A DNA stretch of 60,875 nt from SAR86 cluster bacterium (GTDB lineage: Bacteria; Pseudomonadota; Gammaproteobacteria; Magnimaribacterales; D2472): assembly GCA_004212975.1 (NCBI GenBank), contig SHBF01000002.1, positions 1-60,875 of the forward strand. The letters are read 5' to 3'. Below, piece after piece: positions 29,307 through 40,929 of this stretch. The position numbers were made by a program, and so were the translations under genes. How positions within the stretch are numbered: position 1 is the stretch's first letter; each line of letters opens with the position of its first letter. The notes under the pieces were generated by a model. It was not told the DNA's origin and did no database searches. It saw nothing but the letters and a program-made list of their open reading frames with translations.

Positions 29307-30416
29307 ATGTATATTAGTAGGAGTGACATTTTGGTAATTTTGCCATTGAGTTTATTGCTTGTTATGGGTTTGGTAATGGTAACTTCATCAAGCATATATA
29401 TTGCTGATGATATGACCTCTAATCCCTTCCATTTTGCTAAAAGACAAGCATTATTTATATCAGTGGGACTACTTTCAATGACATTTTTCTTAATATTGCC
29501 ATCAGATTTTCTTTTAAGGTCTGATTGGATATTTATGTTGTTGAGCATAATTCTTTTAATTATTCTTTTTATTCCTGAAGTTGGTTCAAGTGTGAATGGG
29601 AGTATTAGATGGATAAGAATGGGACCAATTAATATCCAACCCTCCGAGATTTGTAAATTTAGTTTAATTCTATATATTTCTGGATACTCTGTTAGAAGAA
29701 TGTCAGAAATGAATTCGCTTAGAAGTTTCTTAAAACCATTATTTCTGTTATTCATAATATCTTTACTAGTAATGGGCCAACCTGATCTTGGTTCTACAGC
29801 CATTATTTGCTTTCTAGTTGTTGGTATTCTTTTTTATGCAGGCATATCTTTCTATCAAATTTGTTTGCTAGTTTTATTAATTATTTTGTTGGGTTACTTA
29901 GCTATAACTTCTTCACCAATGAGATTAGCTAGGGTTTTAGCATTCACAGATCCTTTTGCATTAGATGTTGTGCAAAACGCAGGGTGGCAATTGTCCAATT
30001 CTTTAATAAGCATTGGTCAAGGTGGATGGCTTGGTCTAGGCTTAGGAAATAGTTTTCAAAAAAGCTTTTTTTTACCTGAAGCTCATACAGATTTTATATT
30101 TGCAATTTTAGTTGAGGAACTTGGAATACTAGGAGGCATGTTGTTAATTTTTTTATATGTGACTATGTTGATTGGATTGATTTTTATATCTTTTGATTCT
30201 TTCAAAAAAGATAGATTATTTCAGGGATATGTAGTGTTTGGAGTATTTCTTTTAATATCAATCCAAGCTTTGTTTAATATAGCAGTAAATATTGGTCTTT
30301 TACCTACTAAGGGCCTTACATTGCCTTTTATCAGCTACGGAGGAACAAGTATCATTATAATGTTATCTTTAATGGGGATTGTCCTGAGAATAAATAATGA
30401 AAATAAAGTTCTTTAA
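29307..30416 (+). CDS. ftsW: SEDS peptidoglycan polymerase FtsW
   Basis: 10-TM SEDS pattern: RWIRMGPINIQPSE, GQPDLGS, LPEAHTDFIFA, TKGLTLPFISYGGTS. Confidence 0.92.
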   Translation: MYISRSDILVILPLSLLLVMGLVMVTSSSIYIADDMTSNPFHFAKRQALFISVGLLSMTFFLILPSDFLLRSDWIFMLLSIILLIILFIPEVGSSVNGSIRWIRMGPINIQPSEICKFSLILYISGYSVRRMSEMNSLRSFLKPLFLLFIISLLVMGQPDLGSTAIICFLVVGILFYAGISFYQICLLVLLIILLGYLAITSSPMRLARVLAFTDPFALDVVQNAGWQLSNSLISIGQGGWLGLGLGNSFQKSFFLPEAHTDFIFAILVEELGILGGMLLIFLYVTMLIGLIFISFDSFKKDRLFQGYVVFGVFLLISIQALFNIAVNIGLLPTKGLTLPFISYGGTSIIIMLSLMGIVLRINNENKVL

Positions 30417-31463
30417 ATGAAATTCTTAATCGTTGCTGCTAAGACTGGAGGTCACGTATTTCCTGCTGCAACAGTCAGCAAAAAACTTATTAATAATGAT
30501 CATCAAATTATTTTGATTGGAACTGGAAACAAAATTGAAATAAATGCATATGAGGACCTAAATTCTAAGCAATATAAACTTAAAATAGATGGCTTTAGAG
30601 GAAAAAATGTTTTCATAAAAATTAAGGTATTATTTCAGATCGTTACCAATATATTCTATCTAATTAAGGTAATTAAAGAAGAAAGGATAGATGCCATGAT
30701 TGGCTTTGGCGGTTTTATTAGCGTACCAGCAGGCATAGCATGCTTTATAAAAGGAATTCCAGTTTTTACTCATGAGCAAAACTCTGTAATGGGTTCAGCT
30801 AATAAGTTACTTTCAAAATTTGCTGTGATAAATTTTCTAGGATTTAAGATTTCAAATATAAATAATTCTATATTTTCAGGAAATCCAATTAGAGACACGT
30901 TTAGGCATTATAGTAAAGATATAACCGAAGAATTAGAAGACAAGATTAAAATTTATATTACTGGTGGAAGTCAAGGATCTAAATATATCAACTTAAACAT
31001 GCCTCATGCATTGGAGCCATTATCCGAAGGTTTATTAATAAAACATCAATGTGGTTTAGATAATCTTGAAAAAGTAAAAAGTGAATATGAATCGAGAGAT
31101 ATTGAAGCAGAGGTTTTGGAATTTTTCAATAATCCTGAAGAACAGATAAAATGGTCAGATTTTGTTGTCTCAAGAGCAGGAGCACTTAGTTTATCTGAAA
31201 TCACTTCAATGAAGAAAGGTGCCTTAATGATTCCTCTACCAAATTCTATTGATAATCATCAATACGAAAATGCAAAAAAAATTGAGGATATGGGTATGGG
31301 TATTTTGCATGAAGAAGATGAAGATATAAATAATCTCACTGATAAAATAAGTGAAATTATTAAAGATAGAAAATATATTAATTGGAAAAAAAATGAACTT
31401 ACAAATCATGTAAACGCAGCAAATGACATAGTGAAACACATTGAAGAATATCTCAATAAATGA
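30417..31463 (+). CDS. murG: Lipid II glycosyltransferase MurG
   Basis: AKTGGHVFPA, GFGGF, SRAGALSLSEI, P..NSIDNHQYENA. Confidence 0.92.
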   Translation: MKFLIVAAKTGGHVFPAATVSKKLINNDHQIILIGTGNKIEINAYEDLNSKQYKLKIDGFRGKNVFIKIKVLFQIVTNIFYLIKVIKEERIDAMIGFGGFISVPAGIACFIKGIPVFTHEQNSVMGSANKLLSKFAVINFLGFKISNINNSIFSGNPIRDTFRHYSKDITEELEDKIKIYITGGSQGSKYINLNMPHALEPLSEGLLIKHQCGLDNLEKVKSEYESRDIEAEVLEFFNNPEEQIKWSDFVVSRAGALSLSEITSMKKGALMIPLPNSIDNHQYENAKKIEDMGMGILHEEDEDINNLTDKISEIIKDRKYINWKKNELTNHVNAANDIVKHIEEYLNK

Positions 31464-32854
31464 AATTTTTTAAAAAAGTAAAACATATCCATTTTATAGG
31501 AATTGGTGGAGTAGGAATGATAGGCATTGCTAAAGTATTGCTGAAAAAGGGATACAAAATATCAGGTTCTGACATATCAGACTCTCGTGAATTAAGAAAA
31601 TTAGAAAAAGATGGCGCAAAGGTATTTATTGGTCATTCATCTAAAAATATTAAGGGCGCAGATTTGCTAGTTATATCATCTGCAATTAGTTCCAGAAATC
31701 CTGAATTAGTGCAAGCAAAAAAAGATTCTATTACATCAATACCAAGGGCCGAAATGCTTGGAAGTATAATGATTGGATATGAAAGTATTGCTGTTGCTGG
31801 CAGTCACGGCAAAACCACAACAACAAGCATGATTGCAAAAATACTAAGTGTTGCAAATTTAAGCCCAACATATGTTGTTGGAGGAAAAGTTTTAAGTACA
31901 GATGAGAATTCAGATTTAGGTGAAGGAAAATATATTGTCGCAGAAGCAGACGAGAGTGATGGATCATTTGTTCACCTTCAACCTGATGTCGCTGTTTTAA
32001 CAAATATAGATGATGATCATCTGGCTCATTTTAATAACATTTTTGAAAATCTTTTAGATTCATTTGTTTTATTCTCAGAAAACGTACCTTTTTATGGATA
32101 TCTGATAATCAATGGCGATGACAAGAACATAAAAAAAATCTCAAAAAGAATATCTAGATCACAAGTTACGTTTGGAGAGTCAAAACATTGTGATTATAAA
32201 ATTATCAAAATCATTTGTAAAAACGGTAAGCAAGATTTTCAAATTTTTGATAAAAAAACAAGAAAGGTTCATAAATTTAAAATTAATCTTCCTGGTAAGC
32301 ACAATGTTTTTAATGCAACAGCTGCAATCGCTGTTGCGTTAGAGGAAGGTATTTCAATTAGCTCAATAAGGAATGGCATTAAAGAATTTACAGGAGTTGG
32401 AAGAAGATATGAGAAGCATGATATTAAAATTGATGATAAATCATTAACCTTAATTGATGATTATGGTCATCATCCGTTAGAAATTGAATCAAATATAAAA
32501 GCGTATAAAGAAGAATATAAAAATAAAAAAGTATGTATGATTTTTCAACCTCATAGGTTTTCAAGGACAGCACAACTCTTTGATGATTTTATAAAGGTAT
32601 TAAAGCAAACTGATTCATTAATAATGTTAGATATTTACTCTGCAAGCGAGAAGCCAATTGAAGGCATAAACTCAAGGAGAATTTTAGAAACTTTAAAACA
32701 AAATGGTCATAAAGATGTAACTTATTTAAAAAAACATGATGATGTAATAGATTTGATTAAAAAGAAAAAGGATGATTTTGATATTTTAGTTACCCAAGGT
32801 GCTGGTAGTGTTTCGAATATCTGTCAAATAATTAAAAATCAATGGGAAGCATAA
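31460..32854 (+). CDS. murC: UDP-MurNAc:L-Ala ligase MurC
   Basis: HFIGIGGVGM, GSHGKTTTTSM, EADESDGSF, DDYGHHP. Confidence 0.94.
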   Translation: MKFFKKVKHIHFIGIGGVGMIGIAKVLLKKGYKISGSDISDSRELRKLEKDGAKVFIGHSSKNIKGADLLVISSAISSRNPELVQAKKDSITSIPRAEMLGSIMIGYESIAVAGSHGKTTTTSMIAKILSVANLSPTYVVGGKVLSTDENSDLGEGKYIVAEADESDGSFVHLQPDVAVLTNIDDDHLAHFNNIFENLLDSFVLFSENVPFYGYLIINGDDKNIKKISKRISRSQVTFGESKHCDYKIIKIICKNGKQDFQIFDKKTRKVHKFKINLPGKHNVFNATAAIAVALEEGISISSIRNGIKEFTGVGRRYEKHDIKIDDKSLTLIDDYGHHPLEIESNIKAYKEEYKNKKVCMIFQPHRFSRTAQLFDDFIKVLKQTDSLIMLDIYSASEKPIEGINSRRILETLKQNGHKDVTYLKKHDDVIDLIKKKKDDFDILVTQGAGSVSNICQIIKNQWEA

Positions 32855-33768
32855 ATACAATTGCAGTTCTATATGGAGGCTCCTCTTCTGAAAGAGAAGT
32901 TTCCATACAAAGTGGCATGGGTGTGCATAATGCAATCTGCGATTTAGGTTATGAATCAGATTTAATTGATTTTAAAGATCTTAACAATTTGAATGAATTA
33001 AAGATTTATGACTTTATATTTATTGCTCTTCATGGTTTTGAAGGCGAGTCCGGTAAACTTCAAAAAGATTTAAATGATTTAAATATTTTATATTCTGGAT
33101 CAGGACCGGAAGCTTGTAGTAAAACATGGAACAAAAAAATTACAAAAAAAATTTTAAAAGAAAATGATATAAATACTCCTATTTCAATAGGCATCTCTGA
33201 GTTTAGCTATCAGGTAGCGAATAACGGTTTAAACATGTCGCCTTATGACTGTTTCAGACCTTTTAATTATTTATTTTTAAAACCTGATGAAGATGGATCA
33301 AGTATTGATATTTTTAAAATTAGCGATGATGAAAGCCTTAAAAATGCATATAAAAAATGTACTAATAATAAAAGAGGTTTTTTATTTGAAGAATATATTG
33401 AAGGAAGGGAGTTAACTGTCACTGTAATTGATAAAGAATGTTTTCCGCCTATTGAGATAATTACAAAAAATGAATTTTATGATTATGATGCAAAGTATAT
33501 TTCAGATGATACTTTGCATATCGAAGCAAAATTATCTAAAAGTGAATTAATTGATATTAAATCAATATCTCTGGAGGCATTTGAAGCACTTAATTGCAAA
33601 GCATGGGCAAGAATTGATTTGATTCAAGACAAAAAAGGTAATTTTTATGTAATAGAAATTAATACAGTTCCTGGAATGACAAGCCACAGCAATGTTCCAA
33701 AGTCAGGAAGTCTATTAGGCTTAACTTATAATGAGGTTGTCCAAAAAATCATTGATGCATCTTTATAA
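32842..33768 (+). CDS. ddl: D-alanine--D-alanine ligase
   Basis: VLYGGSSSEREVSIQSG, ALHG..GE.G, and the ATP-grasp C-terminus EINTVPGMTSHSNVPK. Confidence 0.9.
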   Translation: MGSINTIAVLYGGSSSEREVSIQSGMGVHNAICDLGYESDLIDFKDLNNLNELKIYDFIFIALHGFEGESGKLQKDLNDLNILYSGSGPEACSKTWNKKITKKILKENDINTPISIGISEFSYQVANNGLNMSPYDCFRPFNYLFLKPDEDGSSIDIFKISDDESLKNAYKKCTNNKRGFLFEEYIEGRELTVTVIDKECFPPIEIITKNEFYDYDAKYISDDTLHIEAKLSKSELIDIKSISLEAFEALNCKAWARIDLIQDKKGNFYVIEINTVPGMTSHSNVPKSGSLLGLTYNEVVQKIIDASL

Positions 33769-34381
33769 AAAACTATTACTAATAATTGTAATCTTAACTC
33801 CTATAAATTTATTTGCAGAATATGAAATTAATATTAATTTTGAATCAGGATTTGAATTTGAATCACAAAAAATATTAATAAGTGATCTAAAAAATTCTAA
33901 ATCAAAAAAACAGATTGAAAAACTTCTCAAAAGACAAGATTGGATTAAAGATTTCTCAATAGTCTACAAACCTTTTAAAAAGGAAGTTTATGTAAGTATT
34001 ACAAATAGAGAGCCAATTTTTGTTCTTAACAATCAATTTTTTTATGATATTAATTTACATAAATTTAAGTTTGATAATTCAAAAAGAGACTTGATAATCG
34101 TGCAGGGACCTGTAAAAAATGAAGAAGATATTTTAGAAATTATTACTAGAATTGATTCTATTTCAAGCATTAATTTTAATCTTAATGAAATCAATTACAG
34201 TTATGTTAATGGGTGGGATGTTATTACAGATAAAACTTTAATTAGGTTTGGTAACGATTTAACAGAAACAAAATTCAAAAATTTTGAATATACAGCAAAT
34301 TATTTGTTCGAGAATGGAAAAAATCCTTGTATCATAGATATTAGATATAGAGATGGAGTTGCATTAAATTATGGCAAATAA
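33731..34381 (+). CDS. ftsQ: Cell division protein FtsQ
   Basis: Bitopic protein (TM LLLIIVILTPINLF) followed by a POTRA-like region; position between ddl and ftsA. The start is ambiguous: 33731, or 33755 (MHLYKK...). Confidence 0.75.
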   Translation: MRLSKKSLMHLYKKLLLIIVILTPINLFAEYEININFESGFEFESQKILISDLKNSKSKKQIEKLLKRQDWIKDFSIVYKPFKKEVYVSITNREPIFVLNNQFFYDINLHKFKFDNSKRDLIIVQGPVKNEEDILEIITRIDSISSINFNLNEINYSYVNGWDVITDKTLIRFGNDLTETKFKNFEYTANYLFENGKNPCIIDIRYRDGVALNYGK

Positions 34382-35597
34382 TAATAAAAATTCTAGTTTA
34401 ATAGTTGGTTTAGACATAGGTACGTCGAAAGTTGTCTGTATTGTAGGAAGATATAATAGCGAAGCTAAACTTGAAATTGTTGCATTGGGTGCATATCCAT
34501 CGAGCGGATTAAAAAAAGGTGTAGTCGTAAATATTGATGCTACCACCGATGCAATTAGCAAAGCAGTAGAACAAGCTCAATCGATGATTGAGGAAAAAAT
34601 TAAGTCGGTCTATGTTGGAATTGCTGGAAATCACATCAAAAGTCTTAATTCACAAGGCGCTGTTGGCATCAAGGATAATGAGGTGTCGGCATTCGATATT
34701 GATAGAGTGATTGAGTCAGCTCAAGCAGTTTCAATACCATCAGATCAGAGAGTTCTTCATGTTTTACCTCAGTCCTTTGTGATTGATGATCAAGAAGTAA
34801 GCCTTGAACCTCTAGGAATGTCTGGAGTAAGGCTTGAGGCTAAAGTTCACCTTGTAACATGCGCAAGCAGCGCAATTAAAAACATCGAAAAATGCATAAA
34901 AAATTGCGGATTAAGTGTAGACGGTTTTGTTTTAGAGCAGTTAGCAAGCTCACATTCTATTCTTTCTGAAGATGAAAAGGATCTTGGAGTATGTTTGGTT
35001 GATATTGGAGGAGGGACGACGGATATTGCAATTTTTAATACAGGCTCAATTGTATTCACTGGGGTGATTCCAATTGCAGGTGATCAAGTAACAAGTGATA
35101 TTGCTCAAGCTTTAAGAACGCCTACACCTCAAGCAGAAGACATAAAACAAAAACATGGATGCGCAGTCACCGAATTTACAAAAGATGATGAAACTGTTGA
35201 AGTCCTTGGTGTTGGCGGAAGGCCTCCTAGGGAACTATCTAGAAGCTCGTTAGCCGACATAATACAGCCTCGATATTCTGAACTATTTGATTTAATAAAA
35301 GCTGAAATTTCAAGAAATGGGTTTGAAGACAAAATTTCTGCTGGAATTGTATTTACTGGTGGTACCTCCAAGATGGAGGGAGTTGTTGAATTAGCTGAAT
35401 CAATTTTTCAAACATCAGTAAGAATGGGAATTCCGTCTAAGTTCAAAGGGATGGAGACCATACTACAAAATCCAATATACTCAACCTCAATAGGACTAAT
35501 AGAACACGGTTATAAACAGATTAATCATGAAATGCTTGCAGAACAAAATCAAGGGTTTTTCTCCAAGCTTCTTAGAATAGTTAAAAGTGAGTATTGA
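34371..35597 (+). CDS. ftsA: Cell division protein FtsA
   Basis: Actin-fold motifs VGLDIGTSKV, DIGGGTTDIAIF and FTGGTSKMEG, plus a C-terminal amphipathic helix (FFSKLLRIVKSEY). Confidence 0.96.
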   Translation: MANNNKNSSLIVGLDIGTSKVVCIVGRYNSEAKLEIVALGAYPSSGLKKGVVVNIDATTDAISKAVEQAQSMIEEKIKSVYVGIAGNHIKSLNSQGAVGIKDNEVSAFDIDRVIESAQAVSIPSDQRVLHVLPQSFVIDDQEVSLEPLGMSGVRLEAKVHLVTCASSAIKNIEKCIKNCGLSVDGFVLEQLASSHSILSEDEKDLGVCLVDIGGGTTDIAIFNTGSIVFTGVIPIAGDQVTSDIAQALRTPTPQAEDIKQKHGCAVTEFTKDDETVEVLGVGGRPPRELSRSSLADIIQPRYSELFDLIKAEISRNGFEDKISAGIVFTGGTSKMEGVVELAESIFQTSVRMGIPSKFKGMETILQNPIYSTSIGLIEHGYKQINHEMLAEQNQGFFSKLLRIVKSEY

Positions 35598-35674
35598 TAA
35601 TAAAAATTAATTCATTTAGAATTCACATTCCTTGGTTTTTACAGTAAGTAAAAATCTATAACCATAAGGAAAAT

Positions 35675-36160
35675 ATGAAAAAGTACGAAGCAGTAATTAT
35701 TTTAAATCCTAACCTTTCTTCCAAGGTAGACTCATTTATAAAAGATTTTGAAAAACTTCTAAAGGCTAATACATTTAACATTAAAAAAATGGAAGATATT
35801 GGTAGAAGACAACTTTCATATTCTATCAATAATCACAATAAAGGACATTATTTAATTTTTAACATTGAAGGAAACGCAGAAAACATAATTGATATTGAAA
35901 ATAAAATTAAATATAACGAATCTATTATTAGGCACCTCTTTATTTCAGTTAAGGAACATGACGGAGAAGATTCACAGCTGTTGGTTGATTCAAGAAATAA
36001 AAAATCTGAATCTGAAGATGAAGAGAGTAATGTTAAAAATGAAGTTAAAAAAAAACCTGCAGATGTCGAAAAGAAAAATGAGGAAAAAATAGTTTCAGAG
36101 GAAGAATCTATTGAGTATGTTTCATCTGATTCAATTGAAGAGGACAGCAAAGATGAGTAA
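35675..36160 (+). CDS. rpsF: 30S ribosomal protein S6 with a long acidic C-terminal extension
   Basis: [12 protein letters not shown]..., [21 protein letters not shown], then a 60-70 aa E/S/K-rich tail. An AAGGA SD precedes the ATG. Confidence 0.92.
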   Translation: MKKYEAVIILNPNLSSKVDSFIKDFEKLLKANTFNIKKMEDIGRRQLSYSINNHNKGHYLIFNIEGNAENIIDIENKIKYNESIIRHLFISVKEHDGEDSQLLVDSRNKKSESEDEESNVKNEVKKKPADVEKKNEEKIVSEEESIEYVSSDSIEEDSKDE

Positions 36161-36347
36161 ATATGAATTACCAAAAAAGTTTGACTATAAAAATGTAAGT
36201 CTTCTGAAACAATTCATAACCGAGACTGGTAAAATTATTCCAGCTAGAGTAACAGGTGTATCTGCATCTAATCAAAGAAAACTTACTAGATATATTAAAA
36301 TTGCTAGGTTTTTAGCTTTGATTCCATATACTGACATGCATAAATAA
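36153..36347 (+). CDS. rpsR: 30S ribosomal protein S18
   Basis: [35 protein letters not shown]...[10 protein letters not shown] aligns with the E. coli S18 core. The ORF-track start at 36111 lies inside rpsF. The ATG at 36153 overlaps the rpsF end by 8 nt. Confidence 0.9.
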   Translation: MSKYELPKKFDYKNVSLLKQFITETGKIIPARVTGVSASNQRKLTRYIKIARFLALIPYTDMHK

Positions 36348-36349
36348 TT

Positions 36350-36796
36350 ATGAAAATTATATTATTAGACAAAATACAGCGGTTAGGAGAGATTGGTGAT
36401 GTGGTCGAGGTTAATAGTGGTTATGCAAGAAACTTTTTAATTCCTCAAAAAAAAGCAGCTTTTGCAAGCGAAAAAAATATTGCTGAAGTTGAAGCAAAGA
36501 AAGATGAGTTAGCTGCAATGTCAGCAGATATTTTTACAAAAGCTCAATCAAGAGCAAAAGATATTGAAGGTTCTGAGTGTGAAATATTGGTACCCGTAAC
36601 TGAAGAAGGTGCTTTATATGGATCTGTTGGTACTCGAGAGATCTCTGAGGCATTTACATTAAAAGATATTGAAATTGATAAAAGCGAAGTCCAGCTTCCT
36701 GATGGACCTATAAAAGAAATAGGCGAACACAATATAATGATTAGCGTTCATCCAGAGGTCTCAATACAAGTTTTAGTAAAAGTATCTCCAGAGTAG
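36350..36796 (+). CDS. rplI: 50S ribosomal protein L9
   Basis: MKIILLDKIQRLGEIGDVVEVNSGYARNFLIPQKKA is the canonical L9 N-domain. Confidence 0.95.
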   Translation: MKIILLDKIQRLGEIGDVVEVNSGYARNFLIPQKKAAFASEKNIAEVEAKKDELAAMSADIFTKAQSRAKDIEGSECEILVPVTEEGALYGSVGTREISEAFTLKDIEIDKSEVQLPDGPIKEIGEHNIMISVHPEVSIQVLVKVSPE

Positions 36797-36834
36797 TTGT
36801 ATATTTTGAAATATGATGTAAAAATCATATTCCA

Positions 36835-38205
36835 ATGTCAGATATACATATCAACCAAAACGAACAAGCAAGAGAAGCTGAAAGAGCTGTTTTAGGCGGC
36901 TTGATGTTGGAAACTCATAGATTTGATACTGTCATACAAGTAATAAAAGAAAATGATTTTGATGGCAAAGATCATCAAATCATATTTCAGTCAATGTCAG
37001 AACTTGTTGAAGAGAATAAACCTCTCGATCCATTAACCGTATCTGAAAAATTAGATAATAAAAACTCACTTAATAAGGTTGGTGGAAAAGATTATTTAAT
37101 CGAATTAGCTACATCGACACCCTCTGCTGCAAATTTAGAAGCATATGCAGAAATAATTAGGCAAAGATCAATTACTAGAAAATTAATGAAGGCAAATTCT
37201 GATATAAGTGAACTTATATCTAATCCTCAAGGTCAAGACGGGGCATCATTGTTGGATAAAGCAGAAAGTATGATTTTTGCTTTGAATGATGAAACAAATC
37301 TAAATGATCAAAATCTTCAATCAATGAAAGAATTAATTCCATCTACAATTGATAGACTTCATGAATTATCAAACAAATCTGGCGGTTTAATAGGGTCATC
37401 AACTGGCTTTAAAGACCTAGATAATAAACTTCAAGGATTACAGAAAGGTGATCTTGTGGTTGTTGCTGGAAGACCGAGCATGGGCAAAACATCACTTGCA
37501 ATGAATATTGCAGAAAATGTCTTGTTAGATAATGATTCAAATGGAGCTGTTCTTATATTTAGTTTAGAGATGCCAGGTGAATCCCTGACAACACGATTAC
37601 TTTCTGGAATGACTAAATTAAATCAGCAAAATGTAAGATCTGGTATGCTGAAAGATGACGAATTAAGAATACTTTTACAACAAAGTGAAAAGTTAAAAAA
37701 CATGCCACTATGGATAGACGATAGCTCAATATTATCTCCAATGGAACTTAGGGCAAAGGCTAGAAGGCTTGCAAGAACAGAAAAAGATGGCCTGTCTTTA
37801 ATAGTTGTAGATTATCTTCAATTAATGCAACTTCCATTATCAATTGAAAATAGAGTTAACCAAATATCAGAAATTTCAAGATCATTAAAATCTCTTGCAA
37901 AAGAGCTAAATGTCCCAGTTATTGCGTTATCTCAATTAAACAGGGCTGTAGAGCAAAGACCAAATAAAAGGCCCATAATGGCTGATCTCAGGGATTCAGG
38001 TGCCATTGAACAAGATGCAGATGTAATCTTATTTATATATAGGGACGAAGTTTACAATGAAGATTCAGATCAGGGTAATAAAGCAGAAATAATCATTGGC
38101 AAACAAAGAAATGGACCAATCGGTACTGTTAATCTAACTTTCTTAAAAGAATTTACTAGATTTGAAAACTTTTCCAGCGATAGTTTTTACGAATCATTTG
38201 AATGA
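36835..38205 (+). CDS. dnaB: Replicative DNA helicase DnaB
   Basis: EAERAVLGGLM, Walker A GRPSMGKTS, IVVDYLQLM, SRSLKSLAKELNVPVIALSQLNR, RDSGAIEQDADV, GKQRNGP. No intein. Confidence 0.96.
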   Translation: MSDIHINQNEQAREAERAVLGGLMLETHRFDTVIQVIKENDFDGKDHQIIFQSMSELVEENKPLDPLTVSEKLDNKNSLNKVGGKDYLIELATSTPSAANLEAYAEIIRQRSITRKLMKANSDISELISNPQGQDGASLLDKAESMIFALNDETNLNDQNLQSMKELIPSTIDRLHELSNKSGGLIGSSTGFKDLDNKLQGLQKGDLVVVAGRPSMGKTSLAMNIAENVLLDNDSNGAVLIFSLEMPGESLTTRLLSGMTKLNQQNVRSGMLKDDELRILLQQSEKLKNMPLWIDDSSILSPMELRAKARRLARTEKDGLSLIVVDYLQLMQLPLSIENRVNQISEISRSLKSLAKELNVPVIALSQLNRAVEQRPNKRPIMADLRDSGAIEQDADVILFIYRDEVYNEDSDQGNKAEIIIGKQRNGPIGTVNLTFLKEFTRFENFSSDSFYESFE

Positions 38206-39263
38206 CCTCAATAAATTCTGAATTAATAATCGATCCTAAAATTTTTAGAAACAATATTTTATTTTTAAAAAATAAACTTAGTAATTCTTCTAAGTTTATG
38301 GCTGTAATTAAATCTGATGCTTATGGCCATCATATTGAGCATATTGTTAAAGATATTGAAGATCTTTCAGATGGATTTGGAGTTGTTAGAATTGATGAGG
38401 CACTGAAAATAAGGGAGCTCTCAAATAAAAAAATACTTCTAATGCAAGGAGTTTATTCGAAAGAGGATCTTGATATTTCTATAAAAAATAAATTTGATTT
38501 AGTTGTTCATAATCCAGATCAATTTCAAATTATTAAAGAAGGCAATTACTATGAAGGGTTGTGGTTAAAGCTAAATACAGGCATGAATAGACTTGGCTTT
38601 GATATAGATACATTTTTGAGAATTTATGAAGAGTATTTATTTGATAAAAAGTTTACTTTAATGACTCATTTAGCAGCGTCCAATGATGTATCAAATCCAT
38701 CTAATGAGAATCAATTTAAAATTTTTGAAGACATCTCCTCTAAATTGAATAATTCAATTGAAAGAAGTATTGCGAATACTGGATGTATTATGAACTATCC
38801 AAATAAAACATATGATTGGGTAAGGTGTGGCATTGGAATTTATGGAGGATATATTGGAAATCATGAGCTAAAAACTGCCATGACATTAAGATCTCCAATT
38901 GTGAATATAAGAAATATCAGTAAAGGAGATAAAGTTGGCTATGACGGAAGAGCTGTTGCAACAAAAGATATGAAAATTGCATCTGTCTACCTTGGGTATG
39001 CAGATGGACTACCTGTAACTATAAAAGATGATACCCCCGTAATGATTAATGATCAAATGGCTTATGTTTTTGGCAGAGTTAGTATGGACCTGACTACCAT
39101 TGATGTAAGCAACATTGAAAAATGTTCTCCTGGCGATTGGTGCGAATTTTTTTCACCTGAACTACCAATCACAAACATTGCTACTTCAAATGATCTAATT
39201 TCTTATTATTTGATGACAAGTGTAAAATCACGAGTAAAAAAAGTGTATAAAATATTAGATTAA
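38202..39263 (+). CDS. alr: Alanine racemase
   Basis: PLP-lysine context AVIKSDAYGHH, NTGMNRLG, and VGYDGRAVA...GRVSMDL. dnaB-alr adjacency as in E. coli. Confidence 0.9.
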   Translation: MTSINSELIIDPKIFRNNILFLKNKLSNSSKFMAVIKSDAYGHHIEHIVKDIEDLSDGFGVVRIDEALKIRELSNKKILLMQGVYSKEDLDISIKNKFDLVVHNPDQFQIIKEGNYYEGLWLKLNTGMNRLGFDIDTFLRIYEEYLFDKKFTLMTHLAASNDVSNPSNENQFKIFEDISSKLNNSIERSIANTGCIMNYPNKTYDWVRCGIGIYGGYIGNHELKTAMTLRSPIVNIRNISKGDKVGYDGRAVATKDMKIASVYLGYADGLPVTIKDDTPVMINDQMAYVFGRVSMDLTTIDVSNIEKCSPGDWCEFFSPELPITNIATSNDLISYYLMTSVKSRVKKVYKILD

Positions 39264-39289
39264 TCTGTTATTCTAACATCCCATCATGA

Positions 39290-40927
<1,638 letters not shown>

Positions 40928-40929
40928 AA

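Noticed and set aside
35630-35669. Imperfect hairpin (CCTTGGTT ... AACCATAAGG) overlapping the rpsF Shine-Dalgarno, considered as an S6:S18 autoregulatory leader
   Set aside because: The pairing is short and bulged, the loop is 22 nt, and I could not see the conserved features I associate with the published rpsF leader motif. It cannot be supported without covariation analysis.
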